Translations under genes and position numbers: made by a program
Shown here: positions 1 through 10,211 of the stretch, in pieces
How positions within the stretch are numbered: position 1 is the stretch's first letter
Layout of the letters: each line of letters begins with the position of its first letter
Notes under the pieces: generated by a model
The model's database searches: none
The model's input: only the letters and a program-made list of their open reading frames with translations
What the model was told of the DNA's origin: nothing
Source: Paecilomyces variotii
Taxonomy: Eukaryota
NCBI GenBank assembly: GCA_004022145.1
Contig: RCNU01000008.1
Reading direction: 5' to 3' (one strand)
DNA: 64,000 nt

Positions 1-946
1 ACAACGAGATTGTCAAGGAGACCTCCAACTTCATCAAGAAGGTCGGATACAACCCCAAGAGTGTCCCCTTCGTCCCCATCTCCGGTTTCCACGGTGACAA
101 CATGCTTGAGCCCTCCGCCAACTGCCCCTGGTACAAGGGTTGGGAGAAGGAGACCAAGGCCGGCAAGGTCACTGGTAAGACCCTCCTCGAGGCCATTGAC
201 GCCATCGAGCCCCCGGTCCGTCCCTCCAACAAGCCCCTCCGTCTTCCTCTCCAGGATGTCTACAAGATCTCCGGTATTGGAACAGTGCCCGTCGGCCGTG
301 TCGAGACCGGTATCATCGCTCCCGGCATGGTCGTCACCTTCGCTCCTTCCAACGTCACCACTGAAGTCAAGTCCGTTGAGATGCACCACCAGCAGCTCAA
401 GGAGGGTGTTCCCGGTGACAACGTTGGTTTCAACGTGAAGAACGTCTCCGTCAAGGAGGTTCGCCGTGGTAACGTCGCGGGTGACTCCAAGAACGACCCC
501 CCCATGGCCGCCGCCTCTTTCAACGCTCAGGTCATCGTCCTGAACCACCCTGGTCAGATCTCGGCCGGTTACGCTCCCGTCCTTGACTGCCACACTGCCC
601 ACATTGCTTGCAAGTTCTCCGAGCTCCTCGAGAAGATCGACCGCCGTACCGGAAAGTCCACTGAGGACCACCCCAAGTTCATCAAGTCCGGTGACGCTGC
701 CATCGTCAAGATGGTTCCCTCCAAGCCCATGTGTGTCGAGTCCTTCACCGACTACCCTCCTCTCGGTCGTTTCGCCGTCCGTGACATGCGTCAGACAGTC
801 GCCGTTGGAGTAGTGAGTACGTATTTCCCTTTAAAACCCAGAATTCGTGTTCAAAAACTAATAATTCCGTTACAGAGTCCGTTGAGAAGTCCGCCGGTGG
901 TGCCGGTAAGGTCACCAAGGCCGCCCAGAAGGCCACCAAGAAATAA
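1..946 (+). CDS. tef1: Translation elongation factor 1-alpha, 3' part (5'-truncated by the window); exons <1..816 and 876..946
   Basis: Translation contains [53 protein letters not shown]. Intron gtacgt(817)...tacag(875) restores [26 protein letters not shown]. Confidence 0.98.
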
Positions 947-3241
947 GCGGAGAAACACGGCAGAATACGGGAGACATGGGTCATGTGAATCATGTAATGA
1001 TCACGATGCAAAAACTCCGAGCTACTTCTGTAGAAGCTTAGACAATTATGAAATGATGTTTTCAATAATCCTTTTGAGACTTGAGTAGATTGTATTCGCG
1101 CGTAGACCGTAGCTAAGATTTGTCTCGGTGAGTAGTACAATTGTTAAGGTACATCATTACTATCATATATGATACGAGTACTTATGTGCTCCATGTGTAC
1201 GCCATGAGTTCCCATAAGAATAGCCTCGATGCTCAACTGCAGTCACACCCTGTATAGTAGGCTTAGTAGCTAGAGCAAGTAAATTAAATACTAGAGATTA
1301 ATCCCTGTAGATTAACCGGGTTTGAGTAATCTTGGAGCTAATGAAGATGCTTGATTGAGTTAACTACCTGTTATCTGGCCATTACTCTGCTGACTAAGCT
1401 GGCTGCTGGCGCTGGCGACCGCTACTGGAGCCCCCAGGGGCACCGAAATATCTTCTTATTTCTATGCGAATAAGTTGTATTAGAAGAACACAGAATCCAT
1501 TTCAAGACCTATTAATAGCATCCTCTGATACGGGCATGCATAGCCGTATTATAATGTCTTTCTTATCTTTTAACTGTCTGGTTAGACAGACCACCAATCC
1601 TGGAAGTTGCTCGTTTACATTGCCATTAAAAGCGTGCTCATTATGCGGATCTTGTACCGGCACAAGATCTTAGAGGAGTAATGCTATATATGTCCACAGT
1701 TACGTAGACGCGAATGGCTCACTAAAAGAAATGGTGAGGTCGGCAGACCAATGCGGAGCGGTCCCAGTTTGAGATCAGTTTCTGGCATAAGTACTATATT
1801 CGAGAACTTTTGTTAATAGTGAAACGGAATTAACAAATGCTAGTTATATGGCAAGTCTGACCTGTGGGCAGCATGGCAGGGCATGTTGGACGTTGCGACT
1901 GGTATTAGTTCCACTCGCGATATAATTACCTCGCCAAAATATATGAGTTCTTTACCTAGACTCCTTAATACAGAACTATTTGCATAAAGCTGTTACTCTT
2001 AGTCTACGATATTTCCAGTTAGGAGTAGTAGTAGCGCTCGATTTAGCTGCTCTAGCTACTCAGCTCGCTATAAGTTTTTCTCTCTTATGTAGTAGATCTA
2101 CAAGTAGCGTGATAAGTAGCAGTATATTCAAGACTGTACTGTACATACATGCATTGTTCCAGTCGCACTCTGCTGGTCACGTGACAGTTCCTTGTCGCCC
2201 TTGGGGCTAAGCCGCTCCGCGGTGCGATACCTCAGCTCTATATAGCGATATGGAGTGCGCTTTACATCGGGTGATATGTACTTCTTTCTGTTCGACGATC
2301 TCGAGAGTCTAGAATATATGCTTGTATTCTGGCTCTTCAACTATTTGCACATTTTGGAAACAGAGTGGGCAAAGATGAGTATAAGTCTGCGCAGTTTGAG
2401 AGAACACAACAAGGCAAGAACCGCCGTCGTTGGCACAATCGTTAAAGTTATGTCAAAACGTTCTACCACGCTCTAATCTGCTTCAGACCTTGGACTATTT
2501 GTGTATCTCTCCCCGACTCTTCTCTCTCTCTCTCTTTCTTTCCTTTCTTTTTTAACTGAAGGAGTGGGAGCTTATAATACCTAGGTACCTAACCTATTAG
2601 GGAAGAACACATAGTAGATGGCCCATACCACTAAAGCCACGACTAGCGCCAGGTAAGGAAATAAATCCTTTGAAGTCATAGAATAAATAGTTGATGTTGA
2701 AGGTACAGACTCTATCTGCGCCTGTTTCTGTTCAGATTGACAGAACCTACATTAATAGGTATGTATACTCATTTACCTTGTATAGATGTGCTAATGTCCG
2801 GCGCCGCTGACGCGTTCCATGTGGATGGATTGAATCATGCGCGAGACGCGTGATGGCAGACGCGCTTGCTTTCACCTTATGTCGAGTGTGCCAGTGCTTT
2901 CTTTCTTTCTCTCCTACCCACCCACTCCGTATTATATCTCTAGTCTCTCCCCGTGTACTCTGTTCTCTACTGTCGTCGTACGAAACGAGCGTTACCAAGT
3001 TTAATCACAAGAACCAACCTTTACTCTTCTGCTTACACCAATACACGCACGCGTCTGTTGATCTGTTTTCGATCTGATGAGAATCGATGACTCGCTGTCG
3101 CCAGAACACGAGACACACCAGATCGATACTTCGATTTGAAACTAGGTAACGTCTCAGGCTCTTCCGCGCCTATACTACTGCAGTATCACTATTACAATAA
3201 CATTAATCACAGGAAAAGGCTTACAGACCGTCTGTGTTCAA

Positions 3242-3329
3242 CCTTCTACCAGGGAGGTATCAAGAGAGATAGCTCTGTCTGGTGAAGGGTCAGATGGAAG
3301 CCGCCCGGGTGAGCCATTCTCACACCCAT
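3242..3329 (+). promoter_or_regulatory. Conserved structured leader element, copy A (upstream of GIY-YIG gene)
   Basis: ccttctaccagggaggtatcaagagagatagctctgtctggtgaagg...cccgggtgagccattctcacacccat is near-identical to the reverse complements of 16530-16619 and 22841-22931. It folds into a long hairpin plus a small hairpin over a GTGAGC donor-like site. Confidence 0.75.
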
Positions 3330-3896
3330 GATACTACTACTTTTTTTTTTGTTAGTCTTTCTATTCCTTTTTCCCCCTATGTTATTTTTGCAATTTGAGT
3401 CAGAAGAGATGTCATGCTACGTTACAATCATTCGTTCGAGTATAAGGTGAGGCTTGCCCGTACCTAACAAGTGAACATGGATCCTCTTATTTCTGGATAA
3501 CTGGCTGCACTGAATCATTCTTGGTTTACAATTTAGAGCGATACTACAATGCCTGTTGATCCGGACTTAGGTTGCTAGTGACGCATCTCCCTTTACCTGG
3601 ACCTTGAGAATCAGTGATCGAATAATTCACCGCAATGATGGAATTCCATCAAACATTTGGTAAGGCATAGCCCGACGAGCCAGTTAGAGAAATACTGAGA
3701 TTATATTATTTTTACAGAACCGATGGATAGCAGCAATATCGTCCACACGTGATGCTGCAGTTTTCTCTCCTCCTAATATGGAAGTGCCCCCACAGAGGCC
3801 GGACCCTCACTCTCTCCCCTCTTCTTCATCAAATCGACTTTCCCAGGTAGACAAGAGGTATCTCTCAATGCGACTTTCGTCTCAAACTTCATCATC

Positions 3897-5745
3897 ATGG
3901 CCGTCCAGATGCATGAAAGATTCCAGGAACGTGTTTTGCAAACTCTCAGTTCCCTCAGGAGCCTTGAAATGTCAGATGAGTGGAATATTACTCTACAAGT
4001 CTGGGACGATGAATACCTTCTCTCCTACTTCAATACATATACAGCAGAGCCTTTAAAGCACCTATTAGATACACATAGTCCTCCTACGTTTGAAGATTTG
4101 AAAACTCTCGACTGGCTGGATACTACTGATGCTGGGGTATATGCCCGTCTTATTTGGCCAACAATGGAAAAGTCCACTCCACATATCTATGTTGGATCAG
4201 CAACGTCTACAATGGGTGGATTATCGAAGAGGAAGTTAGATCATGAGTATCGTCCCATAGCACAACAGTAAGGATACTAATATATTATTTTGACTAATGA
4301 CTAACATTGACAGATGTGCATACTATAAGACATTGATGAATCAGCCCGGAGTTCCACGTACTTCCAAATTCGTTACAATATACACAATGGACTGGGGTTT
4401 ATGCTCAATTGATGATATAAATTTGAATCGAAAATTATGTTTGCTAGCAGAAGCTGTCTTTACTGCTATGCTGGGTGGATACATGCCAGTAGTAGACAAA
4501 CCTCTGCAACTGGCTTGCCCATATGGGGATCCCAAAACTGTATTCGACTGGAGGGGAACATGCACCCATTCTTCTCTCTCTGAAAGTCAGCGGCTTCTAC
4601 ACATACACAAAAAAGCGAAGAATTCCGCCAGTTCGAAACTCCCATGGTTCAAAGTGAGATCGGGAGCTCGGAGGAGGAAGGACCTTACTCCAGAAGAACT
4701 TCAAGCATGTCGAGAGAAAGACAAACTAGCCATGCGGGAATATCGAAAGAAGTTTCGACATCTACTCAAAGCAAGGAAAGCCAACCGTACCCCTCAGGAA
4801 ATAATAGAGCATAAAGAAAAAAAGAAGCTCTATCAACGTCGATACCGCAAGGAACATGCTATGGAAATTAAGGCGCGTGAAGCACTACTTCCTCCAGAGG
4901 TAAAAAAAGAACGTGCCGAAAGATCTAAACTTCGAACACAAAAGTCACGCTTGAAAAAACGCCTTGCAAACCCCAAACCTCCGCGGATCATACCTCCTCA
5001 CAGAGTTAAAAGAAACGCGGACCGGAAAAGACTGCGAGATGGTGACGTGGACTTTAAAAAGATCAGTATGCATGGAACTAGAGTCAAGCGCGCAAGAGAC
5101 GCTCTGAACAAGCTCAAAGTTGATGGTGTTGGTGGCAAGGAACTGGACGAAGCCAAGAAGAAATTCGCAATAGCATTCGTCGATCGGTACAACTTGATGG
5201 TCAACTTGGGGCGCCCTGTCAAAGAAAAGCCAAGTCAAGAGCAATTCGACCTAGCAGGACCCAGCGTGCAACCAAACAACAGCAAGTCTGCTGTTGTTTC
5301 TACAGGAGACGAAGTGGATGAATGTAGCGAAGAGGAAGACATCGATACGTCGGAGGAAGACATCGATACGTCGGAGGATGAAACTTCGGACAGCGAGGAT
5401 GAACTGGACACGGATGATGAGGAACTGTTTATCATTCCCCATGGACCCAACAAGGAAGGCAGCATACCCAAGAACGAATCCACCGTACCCCGCGATGCTC
5501 GAATTGACAATCATCTCGCCCCAGCCCCCGAAATGGTCAGTCCCTGGACGATAGCTGCCAAGACTACTGTCAAGAAGCAGGAAAAATCAAAGCCGTTCTT
5601 ACGCATGGCAAATGGTCCTGCTCTAAGCCACGAGATGACCACGCCCTGGACTATAGCGACGGACGCATTTCGCAGACAGCAGACGATCCTGGGAAGATCT
5701 CTCGTTAGGAACGAGTCTCCTTCGAGAAAACGAGTGAAACGGTAA
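3897..5745 (+). CDS. GIY-YIG family endonuclease (~600 aa); exons 3897..4267 and 4314..5745
   Basis: DAGVYARL...HIYVGSATSTMGGLSKRKLDHE matches the GIY-YIG core (GxY...YxG...R...H), with a downstream LAE that could supply the catalytic Glu. A 46-nt intron gtaagg...ctaac...cag joins the two ORFs in frame. K/R-rich helical repeats and an acidic tail follow. Start codon uncertain. Confidence 0.8.
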
Positions 5746-6779
5746 CGGTGGCAGTATGTTTGTGTCGGCTTTTTTTTTACACATGTATTTTACCGCTTTT
5801 GTACTACTTACGGCAAGGCCGGTCCAAACCTGCATATTGATATTATATCTTAATCTGAGCCAATCGAGTCCGGGAACGCACTTATATCCTAAGATCCCAG
5901 AAGGGGGAAGATGTAAAGAGCCGTCTGTATAGAACTGCTTTACTTTCTTATAGTAATGGTGTATATGAGTTGTCAACTTCGAACAAAGAAGTTTTGTGCA
6001 ACGGACAAGATGTGTCCGTCTCTCGGGAGCTCGCAGCGGGTAGGTTGTCGATTGATTAGTAGAATATAATATGTAATGCAGAATAACTGAAACTCGGTGA
6101 ATGAACATGTGTGAAGATCTAGGATGACGGAAGCAAAGATTCTGAGAAAGCATATGAAAAGGGAATGATCTCTGGATTGCTTGAAGAACTAATTGACTCC
6201 GAAATCTACCAGCTATTCATGCTCCTCGACTTTACACAAATGCCTCGGCTGTTCTGAACTGAGCTGAACACATAATTAAACTGATCCATGGTCCCTCTCC
6301 CGTCTTTAATGATTCCATGCAGGTCGATGCAGGCAGCTACCCGTTACAGCTGTTACCCTGTTTGCATAGGGGACACAGCAGCGGAACGCAGCAGGTTTGC
6401 AGCTCGCCCCTGCAGGAGACGCGGGATCTGACAACATGGAGCCAGTTCTTTGAACAGTGAAGATACAGCCGCCACTTACAGAGCAATTAACCGTAGCATT
6501 GGACATTGACGGTGACGCGAATTCCCTGCGTAATACCGAGTCAGAAGTGATTGTAAATGTGTGGTGCATTCATAAGATATTACCCCTCATTTACGGCTTT
6601 AAGAATCGCTAGTTTTTACACCAAATCTGACCTTCTCTTTCCCCAAACTTTATACTACGCTTTGAAGTTTGAGTGCATTATGACTCTTATATATATACAC
6701 CGTTCTATATACATACCAGCATCTTTATTAACTCTCTCTTTCAATACCTGAAGGTAGACAGTCAGCACTTCCTCACAGA

Positions 6780-8070
6780 CGGGTCCATTCTGGTCGAAGC
6801 CTTTGCAGTGTCATCACTATATTGGGGAGACTTAGAAGGTTATTCCCAGGGCCGGCACTTGCTATAAGCATAGGAGAGTTCGACGAGACAGTTTAGAGAA
6901 GGTAATTGCTGAGACTCTGCGAAGATAAATTACCAATGAGCATCGTTAACAAGGCCGCCGGTGAAGAAGGCAAACTATCTCTATAATGAAGATCGCGATT
7001 CAATGCATCCGGAATTGGTGACAGAACTGTTCTTCAACTTCATAAGGCCAGTGTCTGAGGATACTGAACCATCACGGATCTGGAAGAATATGTGTGGAGA
7101 AGTCATATGGCGCAACAACCGACTTCTATAGCACAGGTCTCCGTTATGGCTACTTGTTCGCGCTGGCATACGATTGGTTAGATAACGAATATCTGCGAGA
7201 ACGAGTTATCTTTATATTTATATTTCGAACATTAGCAGGCTGTCTAGTCAACGCTTTTATAAAATTTTTTGAAAGAGCCCTGAACGCTGGCTTCGAGGTA
7301 AGCAGAGAAAGCAAACGTTTCCCTTTTGATGTGCATAACTGACATATCCAAAGGATCAACCACGCATACTGTCAATTCGCCTGAATGTGACCACCGGTGA
7401 CTCTACTCTATTTAACTTGACATTAATCTTCACTTGCTGAGTTTACGCTCATTTGTACGAAGTTTCCATGGCTCTTCTAGCTCTACTGACTCGAGTTCAT
7501 TCACTTATCTATCAAGGGGAAACGCTGTCATCGTTATCGACCATTTCCTGGAAAATGTCGTCTTCCCCCTACACGCAAAGCATTTCAGAACTAAATTACA
7601 GATGTCGGGTTGGGATATCCCTCTGTACAATGACAATCAGACCTCACCGTCCAGTGATGATACTGGGAATATTGGAAACAGAAGAGGGTCCTCACATCTT
7701 GTCCTTGATATTCAATCACGTCGTGTTCCCACCAAAGCTTCCACCCAAGATAATCAACATGTCATTTCCTTCCTGTACCTGCAGAGGTACAATGAAGTCG
7801 GACACATAGTTCCTATAGACGATATTACAGAACCGAAGAGACATGAAGCTGAGCTCAGTCAATCATTAACTCTCGGACTGAACCAAATTAAGGATCACAC
7901 AGTGCAAGGTACGTATTTATTTTGCTCCCTATATTATCTATATTTAGTTCTTCTGCGCACAAGTTCTAATGCATCTTCTCTAGCTATAATGAGATTATAA
8001 ATAAAATAAGAGCGCGCCGTGGCCAACGAAGCTGAAGAAAGAGAAGTGCAACGCCCATATCTTCTTATCC
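6780..8070 (+). pseudogene. Fragmented relic of a large DUF6606/DUF3638/DUF3645-type fungal gene
   Basis: Motifs recognised across broken frames: GRLRRLFPGPAL, KKANYLYNEDRDSMHPELVTELF, EVIW..*HRSPLWLLVR (6780-7180); DHFLENVVFPLHAKHFRTKLQMSGWDIP (7540-7622); LIFNHVVFPPKLP (~7705-7745); *ERAVANEAEEREVQRP (~8007-8057). Family assignment is from memory of these motifs. Confidence 0.65.
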
Positions 8071-8149
8071 TCTATATACCACCTATTATCAAGAGAATGC
8101 AGCGCTTTAACTGTCTCACCTACTATTATATTCCCGAGTCTACCTATAG

Positions 8150-8720
8150 AATAACCCTCTATAGCTTCCTGTTAAAATTGGTATATTAATAAGAAAGAAT
8201 ATACTTTAAGCTTTTAAATATATAAGTTTAATAGATTGCTTTTAGTCTTAATAAACTAAAGTTAAAATATTGCTTAAATTTATCTAAGAACAGTATTTTT
8301 TTTATTGTTCTGGTTAAAATATCCTATATACCCTAATAAAATTTATATATCACAGTCTTCTATCTGACGCAGGCCAATATAGATAATAAATAGCCAACAG
8401 ATTTACCGAGGCGTTAGGATAGATTAAATCTAAGGCATTTCTCACAGTATTATGCTTTACGCTAAGGGGCAGATAGTATTGAATCGCTTTAATACCTCTA
8501 TTTCTGGAAATTATTTCAAAAATTTCAATAATGCGGCTTATACAGTTCCAGGGCGGGGGGTATAATAATATTAGACAAATTATACGCTCTAGTATCTAGC
8601 AAGATATCAACGCCTAATAAACAAGAAGGCCAAGGATACTCATATTATTTTAACAGATATACTTCGGCATTTTTACTATCCACATTAGACGATGTCCAAT
8701 GATAATTATAAATGATATAT
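8150..8720. other. AT-rich, TpA-rich patch typical of RIP-mutated sequence
   Basis: Runs such as cttttaaatatataagtttaatag and ataaactaaagttaaaatat; no open frames, unlike the GC-balanced flanking genes. Confidence 0.6.
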
Positions 8721-9084
8721 AAGACAGCCGGTCAGCAGCAGAAAGCTTGCGAAGAAGAAAAGAAAAAAAGGGTATTCCCCATCTCATATTCCAATACTAC
8801 ATTGTGCCTTTCTCCAGCAAGCTCACATAATGGTTTACAGGTCTCTTCTGGGCCAATGGGCCGGAAAGCCTGACGATTGCAGTTACTCACGCTCTCTATA
8901 CCAAAGGAAGATGCTCTTACATTGTAAGAGGCCATCTGCGGAGATTGATCTTGATCTTTTTTAAGACGCCGGGTCCGCTGTATAGACCTCCGAAAAGGTG
9001 ATTGTCCCCAAGGACGCAGCCTTAGCCTTTCTAGCTCTACTGATTCAAGCCTATTCATTTATCTATCGATATAAAAGGCAAACG

Positions 9085-9612
9085 GATCGTCTAATCTTTG
9101 AAGCGGCATCATAGTCGACTGTGGAGTCATCGAAGCTCGAAACTGGGACTTCTTCCTTCAAGCACACATTGCCGCCCTCTAAGGAACCGCGCGATCAGCG
9201 CACTACCACATCGTCCACGATGAGATATTCCACCCTGGAGCATTCACTATTCACGAGTGATAAGTCGACTTCTCGGAATCTCCCCTCAGTCGTTCGACTT
9301 TTCCATTTGTCTTATTATCACATCATGGGATTACCAGTTCTCAATGGATGCGGTTTGGTTTTCGTGCTTTAAATAAAACGTCCATCATTCGTACCACGAA
9401 TTTCATCGACTGTAACTAGGAGACTTTCGAGGCCAGGAGACTCGAACAAGGTTGTTCTTCCATTTCTTTCTCTTCGAAACCTTCCGACACGGCCGACGTT
9501 CTCGAGGATCTCACGCACAATATGTGCTATCTCTTCGACCGCGCTACCAAGGCCGTATATCTGCCCACCAGCATACTATACAGATCTGACCTGCGAGCGT
9601 GCCCAATGTTAT
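9085..9612 (+). pseudogene. Argonaute (PIWI domain C-terminus) pseudogene fragment
   Basis: IVDCGVIEARNWDFFLQAHIAAL*GTARSAHYHIVHDEIF (to ~9230) and ADVLEDLTHNMCYLFDRATKAV/ICPPAYYTDLTCERAQCY (9492-9612) match conserved fungal QDE-2-like PIWI motifs. One stop (CAA>TAA), one frameshift and ~260 bp of unrelated sequence lie between them. Confidence 0.9.
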
Positions 9613-10211
9613 GCCTGGGCTCCGGTCACGGAAGATGAGCTCTCATATATTGCCCTTGGTATTCAATCGCGTCGAGTTCCCACCAAACGTTCCAGGCACA
9701 TCAGACCATTTTGGGTTTGTTTGATTGCTTAATACATACAAGCAATGTGTTTAAGATGGTTAAAATCCTATCCTGCTAGCCGACTATTGATTTTTCCCTT
9801 ATATGGAAGACTCCCTCAATCATACTACCTGTTGGACACCGAACGGTAAAGTTCATAACTACTCCGATTCTCTCCTTATTCTTCGCGGAACATTAGCGTC
9901 ATATCAACGATGTTCTGAGAAAACAGTGACATCTCCATTCTGCCCGTATACTCCAGAATGTATCGCTTTGTGAGCAGTATAGTATATATGCATCCGAGTT
10001 AAAGAGAGTTCGGGGATCTTAGCAGACGAGCAGTATTATATTGTTGAGTCCGGTACATAGGGAGGAATCCGTCGAGACAATTCAAACAACTATGATCCGT
10101 TGTATTCATCTGGGATATGAGAATACCGCTGTTTTGATGTACAAATCTGTCGGCGTATGTTAAACATTCTCCTTATTTGTTGCCGTACCTCTGTTACCTC
10201 GTGAGCAACAT

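Noticed and set aside
817-1088. C-terminal extension of EF-1alpha in ORF 102..1088
   Set aside because: Artefact of reading through the 817-875 intron; splicing gives the normal C-terminus.
3242-3329. TPP riboswitch, hammerhead ribozyme or H/ACA snoRNA identity for the conserved element
   Set aside because: No CUGAGA TPP core, no CUGAnGA/GAAA hammerhead core and no properly placed ANANNA H box were found by eye.
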